From IMG/VR virus record IMGVR_UViG_3300045988_124839: a stretch of DNA of 44,051 nucleotides; one strand, 5' to 3'. The notes beneath the pieces were generated by a model. That model had not been told where the DNA came from. It saw only the letters and a list, made by a program, of their open reading frames with translations, and searched no databases. Each line of letters begins with the position of its first letter. Within the stretch, counting starts at the first letter, position 1. Positions 8,814 through 17,751 of the stretch are shown here, piece after piece. Position numbers and translations under genes: made by a program. This stretch comes from a virus (taxonomy: Duplodnaviria > Heunggongvirae > Uroviricota > Caudoviricetes).

Positions 8814-11189
8814 ATGGCAGCAGTAAAAATCTCAGGTGTGCTGAAAGATGGTGCGGGAAAACCAATACAGAACTGCACTATTCAACTGAAGGCAAAGCGT
8901 AACAGCACCACGGTACTGGTGAACACGGTTGCCTCTGAAAATCCTGATGAAGCCGGGCGTTACAGTATGGACGTTGAGTATGGTCAGTACAGCGTCATCC
9001 TGTGGATTGAGGGTTCTCAGCCATCACATGTTGGGACCATTACCGTCTATGAAGGTTCCAGTCCGGGGACGCTGAATGATTTTCTCGGTGCCATGACGGA
9101 AGATGATGTCATGCCGGAGGCATTGCGCCGTTTTCAGGAAATGGTGGAAGAAGCGGCACGCAACGCCGAAGCCGCTTCTCAGAGCGCAGCGGCGGCAAAG
9201 AAATCCGAAACTGCAGCGGCATCATCGAAGAACGCGGCGAAAACCTCAGAAACGAATGCAGCTAACAGCGCACAGGCGGCAGCGACCTCACAGACTGCAT
9301 CGGCAAACTCCGCGACAGCAGCTAAAAAATCAGAAACCAACGCGAAAAATAGCGAGACAGCCGCAAAGACGAGCGAAACCAATGCAAAGTCCAGCCAGAC
9401 GGCAGCGAAGACCAGCGAAACGAATGCTAAAGCCAGTGAAACTGCGGCAAAAAACAGCCAGGTTGCAGCAGCCCAAAGCGAGAGCGCGGCAGCCGGTTCT
9501 GCGACTTCAGCAACTGGATCAGCAACTGCTGCGGCTAACAGCCAGAAAGCTGCGAAGACGAGTGAAACTAACGCAAAGTCCAGCCAGACGGCAGCGAAGA
9601 CCAGCGAAACGAATGCCAAAGCCAGCGAAACTGCGGCGAAAAACAGTCAGGATGCAGCAGCCCAAAGCGAGAGTGCTGCAGCTGGTTCTGCAAGCGCGGC
9701 GGCTGCTTCTGCCACTGCATCAGCCAACAGTCAAAAAGCAGCAAAAACCAGTGAAACCAATGCAAAGACAAGCGAGACTGCAGCGGCGAACTCGGCGAAA
9801 GCATCGGCAGCAAGCCAGACAGCAGCTAAAGCAAGTGAAGACGCAGCCAGAGAGTATGCAAGTCAGGCAGCAGAGCCGTATAAATATGTCTTACAGCCGC
9901 TGCCTGATGTGTGGATACCATTTAACGATTCGCTGGATATGATTACGGGCTTTTCGCCATCATATAAAAAAATTGTTATTGGTGACGATGAAATAACGAT
10001 GCCTGGCGACAAGATTGTTAAGTTTAAACGTGCATCGAAAGCAACCTATATTAACAAATCTGGTGTGCTGACAGAGGCTGCCATTGACGAGCCACGATTT
10101 GAACGTGATGGTCTGCTTATTGAGGGGCAAAGAACAAACTACATGCTCAATTCGGAAAGCCCTGCCAGTTGGGGGCGATCGTCAAATATGGATGTGCCCG
10201 AAACAGGGACGGATAATTTTGGTTTTACCTATGGAAAGTTTGTCTGCAACGATTCTCTGATTGGGCAAACCTCAGCCATTAATATGGCATCAATTGCTGC
10301 AACAAAGTCAGTTGATGTCTCAGGCGATAATAAATATGTGACAACCTCATGTCGTTTTAAAACAGAACTGCAGGTAAGGTTGCGTATCCGGTTTGATAAA
10401 TATGACGGTAGCGCAACAACTTTTCTTGGTGATGCGTATATTGATACACAAACGCTTGAAATTAATATGACAGGCGGTGCTGCCTCAAGGATTACAGCGA
10501 GAGTCAGAAAGGACGAAGCTACCGGATGGATTTTTGCAGAGGCAACAATTCAGGCAATTGATGGGGAGTTAAAAATAGGTTCTCAGATACAGTATTCTCC
10601 TAAGCAGGGCGGGGCAACCGTATCTGGTGACTATATTTATCTGGCCACCCCACAAGTAGAAAATGGGCCTTGTGTATCATCTTTTATTATATCAGGAACG
10701 ACGGCGGCGACCCGCGCAAGCGATATAGTTACAGTTCCCATTAAGAATAATCTTTATAATCTTCCTTTTACGGTTCTTTGTGAGGTACATAAGAACTGGT
10801 ATAAAACGCCAAATGCAGCGCCGCGTGTTTTTGATACCGGCGGTCATCAAACCGGAGCGGCTATTATTCTTGGCTTCGGTTCTTCAGCAGATTACGACGG
10901 ATTTCCTTATTGCGATATTGGAGGAGCTAACAGACGGGTAAACGAAAACGCATCGCTTGAAAAAATGGTTATGGGGATGCGTGTAAAGTCAGATCAGTCT
11001 ACGTGCTCAGTAAGTAACGGGCGTATATCCAGCGAAACAAAAACCACATGGTCCTGTATTCAGAACACCGCAATTATCCGTATTGGAGGCCAGACTACAG
11101 CCGGGTTACGTCATTTATTTGGTCATGTCAGGAATTTCAGAATATGGCACAAGGCATTGACTGATGCTCAGGTGGGGGAGTCAATCTAA
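8814..11189 (+). CDS. stf: side tail fiber protein (Stf-like N-terminus, Ala/Ser/Thr-rich repeats, divergent AT-rich C-terminal domain)
   Basis: N-terminus MAAVKISGVLKDG... matches lambda Stf as recalled; GGAG RBS before the ATG at 8814 (ORF track starts at GTG 8808); repetitive KTSETNAK tract; C-terminal half lower in GC. Confidence 0.8.
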   Translation: MAAVKISGVLKDGAGKPIQNCTIQLKAKRNSTTVLVNTVASENPDEAGRYSMDVEYGQYSVILWIEGSQPSHVGTITVYEGSSPGTLNDFLGAMTEDDVMPEALRRFQEMVEEAARNAEAASQSAAAAKKSETAAASSKNAAKTSETNAANSAQAAATSQTASANSATAAKKSETNAKNSETAAKTSETNAKSSQTAAKTSETNAKASETAAKNSQVAAAQSESAAAGSATSATGSATAAANSQKAAKTSETNAKSSQTAAKTSETNAKASETAAKNSQDAAAQSESAAAGSASAAAASATASANSQKAAKTSETNAKTSETAAANSAKASAASQTAAKASEDAAREYASQAAEPYKYVLQPLPDVWIPFNDSLDMITGFSPSYKKIVIGDDEITMPGDKIVKFKRASKATYINKSGVLTEAAIDEPRFERDGLLIEGQRTNYMLNSESPASWGRSSNMDVPETGTDNFGFTYGKFVCNDSLIGQTSAINMASIAATKSVDVSGDNKYVTTSCRFKTELQVRLRIRFDKYDGSATTFLGDAYIDTQTLEINMTGGAASRITARVRKDEATGWIFAEATIQAIDGELKIGSQIQYSPKQGGATVSGDYIYLATPQVENGPCVSSFIISGTTAATRASDIVTVPIKNNLYNLPFTVLCEVHKNWYKTPNAAPRVFDTGGHQTGAAIILGFGSSADYDGFPYCDIGGANRRVNENASLEKMVMGMRVKSDQSTCSVSNGRISSETKTTWSCIQNTAIIRIGGQTTAGLRHLFGHVRNFRIWHKALTDAQVGESI
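9366..9767 (+). repeat. tandem direct repeat inside stf (189-bp unit, about 2.1 copies)
   Basis: Two near-identical in-frame 189-bp units encoding KTSETNAKSSQTAAKTSETNAKASETAAKNSQ(V/D)AAAQSESAAAGSA..., then a partial third unit. Confidence 0.8.
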
Positions 11190-11470
11190 TGAAAGATTTA
11201 ACACTCAAATTTGCCGACAGGGCCGACTTTTCGGCCTTTATGGAGAGTATTGGCTATTATGATGACGAGTCGATGCAGGATGATATTCTTATTGACGTGA
11301 TAGGTAACGTGTACAAAGAAACCGGAGAACTGAATGAAGATGGCGAACCGGTATGTGTTAAGGAAGACGGATATTTTGTAAACGTGCGCATCATTAATGA
11401 TGTGAAAACACCGTCAATATTCGATGAATACGTGGTTGCTGTTGAGCATCAACTTCGTGGCTGGATGTGA
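11189..11470 (+). CDS. hypothetical protein (acidic, 93 aa) between the two fiber genes
   Basis: ATG overlaps stf stop (TAATG); no recognisable motif; position suggests fiber accessory role. Confidence 0.4.
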   Translation: MKDLTLKFADRADFSAFMESIGYYDDESMQDDILIDVIGNVYKETGELNEDGEPVCVKEDGYFVNVRIINDVKTPSIFDEYVVAVEHQLRGWM

Positions 11471-11479
11471 GGAAGAATA

Positions 11480-12520
11480 ATGGCTACATCGACAGTAATT
11501 CCTGATGACATCAAAACGCTAAAATCCGATGTTAGCAAATTAAAAAACGATCAAGGGAGCTACGCAACAAAATCATATGTAGACAATAAAACAACATGGA
11601 ATAGTTATTGCAATGTAATCTATGATCAAAAGACATTGCCGACCACTGGAACTATATTTAGCGGTAAGATTCACTTGTCAAATAAGACAGGAGAAACCGA
11701 AAACGCTTATAGTGAGATGTACACCAGAAAAAATATTGACGGTACAAAAGATACAATGACAAGGATTGTCACACACAATGGAACAAAAGGTATCTTTTGG
11801 GATTTTAGCGATCTTTACGGCGGAACATTAATTTTTCCAGGCAGTGATGGTTACCTTAAGATGGGGAACTGTCTCATGTCGTATGGTGTGCGGGGAAGTA
11901 ACGCGCTTATTAAGTTTGACTGCACAGACACATTACAAATCAAATATGCCAATCATGGGTCAACCATGACATTAAACACACAGGGGACCGCTCATTCTGG
12001 CGCTACTACTAGTTTGTGGGGTAACTCTACCCGTCCGGTTGTATATGAAGTTGGTGCTGATGGTGGCGCGTATATGTTCTATGCGCAGAAAAATACCGAT
12101 AACACCTATATGTTAAGCGTTAATGGTGCATGTCATGCCACCGCATTTAACCAGCATTCCGACCGGGATCTGAAAGACAACATTCAGGTGATCGATAATG
12201 CAACCGACCGCATCCGTAAAATGAACGGCTATACATACACGCTTAAAGAAAACGGTATGCCCTATGCAGGTGTCATTGCACAGGAAGCTCTGGAAGCAAT
12301 CCCAGAAGTTGTAGGTTCCGCAATGAAATATCAGGACGGTGCAAGCGGATCGGAAGGTGAAGAAGGTGAACGTTATTACACAGTAGATTATTCTGGTGTT
12401 ACTGGCTTGCTTGTTCAGGTAGCCAGAGAGTCAGACGACAGAATAACAGTACTGGAAGAAGAAAACGCAGAATTAAGGCAAAGATTATCTGCAATTGAGG
12501 CGACGCTTGCGTCTAAATAA
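11480..12520 (+). CDS. tail fiber / tail spike protein with C-terminal intramolecular chaperone (peptidase S74-like) domain
   Basis: C-terminal motif SDRDLKDNIQVIDNATDRIRKMNGYTY...YAGVIAQEALEAIPEVV typical of the autoproteolytic chaperone-of-endosialidase domain, followed by a coiled-coil tail; RBS GAGGAAGAATA before ATG. Confidence 0.72.
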   Translation: MATSTVIPDDIKTLKSDVSKLKNDQGSYATKSYVDNKTTWNSYCNVIYDQKTLPTTGTIFSGKIHLSNKTGETENAYSEMYTRKNIDGTKDTMTRIVTHNGTKGIFWDFSDLYGGTLIFPGSDGYLKMGNCLMSYGVRGSNALIKFDCTDTLQIKYANHGSTMTLNTQGTAHSGATTSLWGNSTRPVVYEVGADGGAYMFYAQKNTDNTYMLSVNGACHATAFNQHSDRDLKDNIQVIDNATDRIRKMNGYTYTLKENGMPYAGVIAQEALEAIPEVVGSAMKYQDGASGSEGEEGERYYTVDYSGVTGLLVQVARESDDRITVLEEENAELRQRLSAIEATLASK

Positions 12521-12526
12521 TATTAA

Positions 12527-12548
12527 GGGGCCGAGCGCCCCGTTTTAT
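12527..12548 (+). terminator. putative rho-independent terminator after fiber gene
   Basis: GC-rich hairpin GGGGCCGAGCGCCCC followed by GTTTTATT. Confidence 0.5.
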
Positions 12549-12562
12549 TGGGTAGGATGAAA

Positions 12563-12856
12563 ATGGATATAACACCTTTCCTTCATGCTCTTTGTGCTGT
12601 GGCTGCGCAGCTACTGATTGGTCTTTTTACCGGGAACTGGGCTTACGGAGCGATAGCCGGTTGTACGTTCTTCATTGCGCGTGAACACACCCAGGCAGAA
12701 TATCGCTGGATTGAAATGTTCGGGCATGGCAAGCGGATTAACATGCCGTGGTGGGGCGGTTTTGATCCGCGCGTGTGGGATGTGGCAAGCCTGATGGATT
12801 TTGCTGTGCCGGTGGTGGCGTGTCTGCTGGTCTGGCTGTTGGTTTATCGTGGGTGA
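12563..12856 (+). CDS. small hydrophobic membrane protein
   Basis: About 97 aa with two hydrophobic segments; AGGA RBS 6 nt before the ATG at 12563 (ORF track begins at TTG 12548). Confidence 0.4.
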   Translation: MDITPFLHALCAVAAQLLIGLFTGNWAYGAIAGCTFFIAREHTQAEYRWIEMFGHGKRINMPWWGGFDPRVWDVASLMDFAVPVVACLLVWLLVYRG

Positions 12857-12990
12857 AAAAAGGTGAGCTGTATATGCAACGGAGGAAGAAACCCCGTTGC
12901 TGGAAGCCTGGAAAAAGTATCGGGTGTTGTTGAATCGTGTTGATACATCACTATCTCCAGATATCGAGTGGCCAAGTCAACCATAAATCA

Positions 12991-13015
12991 ATATCCCCTG
13001 CAATGCAGGGGATAT
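12991..13015. terminator. bidirectional hairpin terminator at the 3' end of the sop operon
   Basis: Perfect inverted repeat ATATCCCCTGC-AAT-GCAGGGGATAT with T-rich flanks on both strands, 4 nt from the sopB stop. Confidence 0.65.
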
Positions 13016-13018
13016 TTC

Positions 13019-13984
13019 TTAATTATCAGTAGATTGTTCCTCTAGTAACAACTCAATTCTGCTTAGTATTTCTTTAGATATTTTTCGGCTATCAATTTTT
13101 ATAGTTACAAAATTACCTTTATATCTAGCCGTGATCCCTTCCCCATATTTTTTCTCGTCTTTTGTTTTTTCCTCGTCGCCAACCAGAACAGAGTCAGATA
13201 ATATTTGTATAATCCGTGAAGCTTCTAAATCCTCGCCGTTTTTTTTAATTGCCAGAAGATGATGAGCAGCATTGCTCATGGCAGCCATGTTTTTTTTGTA
13301 GACCTTAAACAAAGAATCTCCAGCACGAGCTGACAGTTCTCCTGGATGATTGAAGATAGCTAATATATCTTTTGGTAGACCAGCTGTATTAATACAGCGA
13401 GTGATAATATTTCTGTCTATATTTTCAGCCTCGGCTAATGCTTTAACGTTACCATCAAAGTCATTTAGCTTGCGTAAGTATCTCTTTCCTCTTTCGTATG
13501 CACTAATAGGCCTATAATCGTTACCAATTTGGGATAACCAATGCATCTGTTCATCGTCGAGATCACCTATTAAGACGCGATAGTCACATCCTGTTAATAT
13601 CGCTGCTTTTCTTCTACGTGAGCCGTCAGCGACTTCAACGATTCCAGACACTTTTCTGGCGAAAGCTGGATTTTGTTGTCCAGACGTTAGAAAAGATGGG
13701 ATTAAATCGGCTAGAGAGGATTCATTTAATAAATCTTGATCGCGTTCATTACCTAGCCATACCATTGTTGCCATTTCAACTTTATCTGCGGGAATTGTCT
13801 CTAACTTAAAGTTAACATTACGTCCGCATACTGGCAAAGTTATGCTGTTACCGGTTAATGAACTCAGTTGACGTTTTAAATCACCAACCATAGGTGATAC
13901 GGGCTGATGTTCAGGGGCATGATGATTATTACTCATAATGCGATTAATATCTGGAGCATTTTTTAGAAGAGAGCGCTGTTTCAT
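13019..13984 (-). CDS. sopB: partition protein SopB (ParB-type centromere-binding protein)
   Basis: 321 aa; immediately downstream of and overlapping (ATGA) the ParA-type ATPase gene; size and arrangement as F/N15 sopAB. Confidence 0.85.
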   Translation of the reverse strand: MKQRSLLKNAPDINRIMSNNHHAPEHQPVSPMVGDLKRQLSSLTGNSITLPVCGRNVNFKLETIPADKVEMATMVWLGNERDQDLLNESSLADLIPSFLTSGQQNPAFARKVSGIVEVADGSRRRKAAILTGCDYRVLIGDLDDEQMHWLSQIGNDYRPISAYERGKRYLRKLNDFDGNVKALAEAENIDRNIITRCINTAGLPKDILAIFNHPGELSARAGDSLFKVYKKNMAAMSNAAHHLLAIKKNGEDLEASRIIQILSDSVLVGDEEKTKDEKKYGEGITARYKGNFVTIKIDSRKISKEILSRIELLLEEQSTDN

Positions 13985-15150
13985 TATTCGTTCTCCCAGC
14001 GAGGTTTTATTAGATCATCAAAAATTTCTCGGCAAACAGGGTCCCATATAGAAACAGCATTTCTCCATGCATTCAATGTTGAACGTTGGTTTGCTGCTTG
14101 TTCAAATACTGTTCTCATTTTTATCTGGCCTTTACCTACTTCATCGGTAACGCGTACAACCTGACGTAATACCATTGATCCCCATGTATTTCTTATTTGT
14201 TCTTCCATCCATCGTGATTGATTCCCTGTAGTGAGACTATATTTAGTCAGAAGTAAGCGAACGGTTGGCTCAAATCCACCTAGGTCAACGCTTTCCAATA
14301 GATCGAGAAGCATTGTGAAAAACTGTAGAACAGAAGCGTAATCAAATAATTCTGCAGGTGTAGCAACAACAATAACGTCAGCGGCACAAACAACGTTAAT
14401 GGTTCCTGTACCGAGGTTCGGAGCACTATCTATAACGATAACATCGTAGTTATCCCAAACTGATTCAATAGCTGCGCGCAGCATAAGGTGTGGAGGATGA
14501 GGCAATTTACCCTGAGCATGATATTGCATGAGATCTGTTTCTATACGATGTAAAGCTAGGCAGCTAGGGATAATGTCTAGCCCAGGCCAACATGTTGGCT
14601 TTATAGCATATTCAGCGTTATCGCGTTCTCCTAAGTAAAATGGCAGTAAAGTATCCTCGGCATGGATATGTAAATCAGGAACATAACCGTGATACATAGA
14701 GGCCGTGCCTTGAGGATCGTTACCTTCAACCAAAAGAACACGATGACCTTGTAATGCTAACCATTGAGCTTGATGTACCGCAGACGATGTTTTATAAACG
14801 CCGCCTTTGTGTGACATAACGGCAAGCACAACAGGGTTTTTATCTTGTGGTCGTTGGTTTGGGTTGCCAAAAACTGCTCGCATACTGTTGATTTGATCTA
14901 TGGTATAACCAGCACGACGTTCAATTCTTCCTCTCATTTCAAAGTCAGGTGCAGGTAAACGCCCGCTCTTCTCAGCATCTCTAATTGCTTGAGGAGTTAC
15001 ACCAATTAAATCTGCTACTTCAGTTATACCCCATCGGCGGGTGATACGCCGAGCTTCAGGACTATCATCACCGAATTGAGCGATAGCAATTGCTTGGGTC
15101 ATTTCTTGACCTCTCGTAACACAATCTTGCAATAACTTTTTCAAAGACAT
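13984..15150 (-). CDS. sopA: partition ATPase SopA (ParA, type Ia with N-terminal HTH extension)
   Basis: 388 aa; deviant Walker A MSHKGGVYKTSS; long N-terminal extension typical of type Ia ParA. Confidence 0.9.
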   Translation of the reverse strand: MSLKKLLQDCVTRGQEMTQAIAIAQFGDDSPEARRITRRWGITEVADLIGVTPQAIRDAEKSGRLPAPDFEMRGRIERRAGYTIDQINSMRAVFGNPNQRPQDKNPVVLAVMSHKGGVYKTSSAVHQAQWLALQGHRVLLVEGNDPQGTASMYHGYVPDLHIHAEDTLLPFYLGERDNAEYAIKPTCWPGLDIIPSCLALHRIETDLMQYHAQGKLPHPPHLMLRAAIESVWDNYDVIVIDSAPNLGTGTINVVCAADVIVVATPAELFDYASVLQFFTMLLDLLESVDLGGFEPTVRLLLTKYSLTTGNQSRWMEEQIRNTWGSMVLRQVVRVTDEVGKGQIKMRTVFEQAANQRSTLNAWRNAVSIWDPVCREIFDDLIKPRWENE

Positions 15151-15164
15151 ACTGTCATCTCCAG

Positions 15165-15250
15165 CTTGTAACTTTGCTTAATAATTAAATCTTTGCTTAT
15201 TTCTAGCAAATTTGCATGAAAAAGGCAAAGCAAAACGAAAAACGCAAAGG
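15165..15250 (-). promoter_or_regulatory. sop operon promoter/operator region with CTTTGC/GCAAAG motifs
   Basis: CTTTGC at 15172 and 15191, GCAAAG at 15225 and 15244, palindrome GCAAATTTGC at 15206-15215, directly upstream of sopA. Confidence 0.5.
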
Positions 15251-15434
15251 TGAATATTTGAGCTAAATCATCTTTTGTTCCCCTCCCGAAATGCATAAAA
15301 CGAACAACGATATAATCATAACTAATTGATATTTATTATCTTTTTTAAAGAAAGGAAATCATGTAAAACTAGGGAAACATGATAAGAATCATCAATGAGA
15401 TACGTTTTCTCTATTAGTTCTCCCAATCTTACCA

Positions 15435-15585
15435 ATACGAGAACATAAACAGAGAACATAAAAATCAAGTAATGATACAAACACAACAAAGAACATAAAT
15501 AAAGAATTAAAACCAATGCTAAATAAAGCAGTACATAATATGAGAACATTACACCAAATGAGAACATTAATCAAGAACACAACGA
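15435..15585. repeat. array of (G/A)AGAACAT direct repeats left of the telomere-resolution palindrome
   Basis: GAGAACAT at 15439, 15452, 15542, 15560; AAGAACAT at 15489; AAGAACAC at 15574; AT-rich region without plausible coding. Confidence 0.7.
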
Positions 15586-15586
15586 A

Positions 15587-15628
15587 ACATAATTCCCCAT
15601 TATACGCGCGTATAATGGGGAATTATGT
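15587..15628. other. telRL: telRL-like telomere resolution site (42-bp perfect palindrome, protelomerase target)
   Basis: ACATAATTCCCCATTATACGCGCGTATAATGGGGAATTATGT is a perfect palindrome; core CCATTATACGCGCGTATAATGG matches the N15 telO core as recalled; 170 bp upstream of telN. Confidence 0.88.
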
Positions 15629-15798
15629 GCTGATCTTTAGAACAGAGTCAAGGAACAAATTTTGACGTTCCGATATTGTGTTTTTGTTTATTATCCGTTA
15701 TTATGTTCTGTTAGTTTATGACTAAGTTAACGCGTTATTAGTTATCTTATTCTCAAATTGTGTTACGATAATCCGAGCGGACAATCAGGAGAGGAAAG

Positions 15799-17706
15799 AT
15801 GAGCAAAGTAAAAATCGGTGAATTAATAAACTCACTTGTTAGCGATGTTGAGTCAATAGATAACTCTGACCGTCCTCAAGGGGAAAAAACAAAAAAAATA
15901 AAAGCTGTTGCATTAAAATTTAAAAATGCATTATTTAATGACAAGCGAAAGTTTAGGGGGAAAGGATTAGAAAAAAGAATTACAGCCAACACATTCAATG
16001 CCTATATGAGCAGGGCCAGAAAACGGTTTGATGATAAACTTCATCATAGCTTTGAAAAAAATATACATCGCCTATCTGAAAAGTATCCTTTATATAATGA
16101 GGAGCTATTATCATGGCTTTCTCTACCTGCTGCCGATATTCGCCAGAGAATGTCAGCTTTACAGGCAAAATTAAAATTAATTCTCCCTTTATCAGAAGAT
16201 TTATCTAATATCAGAATTGGTGATAACAAAAGTCATAATAAGTTATTAAAATTATCAAATAAATATAAAGAGTGGCAATTCGCCATTTCTGATTTAACTA
16301 GCGATAACTGGAAAGATAAGCGCGATTATTTATATAAATTACTACAGCAAGGATCTGCCTTACTTGAGGAGTTGAATCAGCTAAAAGTTAACCATGAGAT
16401 TCTCTATCATCTTCAACTAAGCCCTGCCGAACGCGCATCTATCCAGCAACGATGGGCAGACGTTCTGCACAATAAGAAACGTAACGTGGTGGTCATTGAT
16501 TACCCTAAATATATGCAAGCTATTTACGATATTATAAATAGCCCTGCTACATTAAATAATCTAAACACTCGTTCAGGTATGGCTCCTTTGGCATTTGCAC
16601 TTGCTGCATTGTCAGGAAGACGAATGATTGAGATTATGTATCAAGGTACATTTACTGTTTCTGGTAAGTATACCGTTGATTTTTTAGGCCAAGCAAAAAA
16701 AAGAACTTCTGATGATATAACCAGAAAAATATATACATTATGCGAAGCAAAAACATTTGTTTATTTAATAAATGTACTTCGCTCATGCCCAGCAGCATCT
16801 GATTTTGATGATGTCGTTAAAGGTTATGGAGATAACGACACACGCTCTGAAAACGGACGGATTAATGCCATATTAGCAAAGGCTTTTAACCCGTGGGTTA
16901 AATCATTTTTCAAAGATGACCGCCGTGTTTATAAAGATAGTCGTGCTATTTATGCCCGTATTGCGTATGAAATGTTTTTCCGCGTAGATCCTCGTTGGAA
17001 AAACGTAGATGAGGATGTTTTCTTTATGGAAATTTTAGGCCATGACGATGAAAACACTCAATTACACTATAAGCAATTCAAGCTGGCCAACTTCTCAAAG
17101 ACATGGAGGCCAAATACTGGAAACGAAAATACCAGGCTGGAAGCATTGCAGCAGCTTGATGACGAAATGCCAGGATTCGCCAGAGGAGATGCCGGAGTTC
17201 GTCTGCATAACACAGTTAAGCAGCTGGTAGAGCAGGACCCCTCTATAAAAATCACGAACAGCACTCTAAGAGCATTCAAATTTAGCCCTACAATGATTAG
17301 TCGATACCTGGAATTTGCTGCTGATGCTCTGGGGCAATTTGTTGGCGAAAATGGACAATGGCAGCTGAAAATAGATTCTCCAGAAATCGTTATGCCTGAC
17401 GAAGAAGAGCTGGAAGCAATACCTGAACAGACGGATGAATTATCAGAGGATGACGATCTGGATGACGACGAAATTGAGATAGAGGAAGAGGAAGAGGAAG
17501 AGGAAGAGGAAGAGAGCGTAGAAGAACAGCAACCGCCCGCGCCTTCTTCACCTGTATCTAAGCCGGTATTTAAGCCTGTGAGAAATATTGGTGATGGCTC
17601 ATACGTTGTTGAGTTTCATTATAATGGCCAGAATTATGCTTGGTCCGGCAGTGCAAACAGCCCTATATCAGCAATGCAGTTAGCATGGCTGACATATTTC
17701 GGATAA
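15799..17706 (+). CDS. telN: protelomerase TelN
   Basis: 635 aa; N-terminus MSKVKIGELIN...RPQG.KTK.IKA...KNALFNDKRKFRGKGL.KRITANTFNAYMSRARKRFDDKLHHSF and much of the body match N15 TelN as recalled; acidic Glu/Asp-rich C-terminal tract; RBS AGGAGAGGAAAG. Confidence 0.95.
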   Translation: MSKVKIGELINSLVSDVESIDNSDRPQGEKTKKIKAVALKFKNALFNDKRKFRGKGLEKRITANTFNAYMSRARKRFDDKLHHSFEKNIHRLSEKYPLYNEELLSWLSLPAADIRQRMSALQAKLKLILPLSEDLSNIRIGDNKSHNKLLKLSNKYKEWQFAISDLTSDNWKDKRDYLYKLLQQGSALLEELNQLKVNHEILYHLQLSPAERASIQQRWADVLHNKKRNVVVIDYPKYMQAIYDIINSPATLNNLNTRSGMAPLAFALAALSGRRMIEIMYQGTFTVSGKYTVDFLGQAKKRTSDDITRKIYTLCEAKTFVYLINVLRSCPAASDFDDVVKGYGDNDTRSENGRINAILAKAFNPWVKSFFKDDRRVYKDSRAIYARIAYEMFFRVDPRWKNVDEDVFFMEILGHDDENTQLHYKQFKLANFSKTWRPNTGNENTRLEALQQLDDEMPGFARGDAGVRLHNTVKQLVEQDPSIKITNSTLRAFKFSPTMISRYLEFAADALGQFVGENGQWQLKIDSPEIVMPDEEELEAIPEQTDELSEDDDLDDDEIEIEEEEEEEEEEESVEEQQPPAPSSPVSKPVFKPVRNIGDGSYVVEFHYNGQNYAWSGSANSPISAMQLAWLTYFG

Positions 17707-17717
17707 AGCATACGGTA

Positions 17718-17741
17718 AAGGCACCGAATTATCGGTGCCTT
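17718..17741. terminator. hairpin terminator between telN and the leftward genes
   Basis: AAGGCACCGA-ATTA-TCGGTGCCTT (10-bp stem) followed by GTTGTGTGG on the + strand. Confidence 0.6.
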
Positions 17742-17751
17742 GTTGTGTGGT

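Noticed and set aside
9179-9840. Possible CRISPR array suggested by repeated units
   Set aside because: Repeats are long (189 bp), in-frame and protein-coding, without short spacer-repeat periodicity; no cas genes in the window.
9103-9942. 279-aa Arg-rich ORF (+ strand, alternate frame) and 146-aa ORF (- strand, 9179-9619) inside the stf repeat region
   Set aside because: Both are frame artefacts of the Ala/Ser/Thr repeat; their repetitive Arg-rich or Ala/Phe-rich translations mirror the stf repeats.
15322-15580. Two small - strand ORFs (81 and 62 aa) in the AT-rich region left of the telomere palindrome
   Set aside because: They overlap the GAGAACAT repeat array and have low-complexity hydrophobic translations; more likely a noncoding protein-binding region.
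15799-17706. Tyrosine-recombinase-like gene as a possible integrase
   Set aside because: Sequence and context (adjacent telomere palindrome, sopAB, repA) identify it as a protelomerase; no attP-like site or tRNA target seen.
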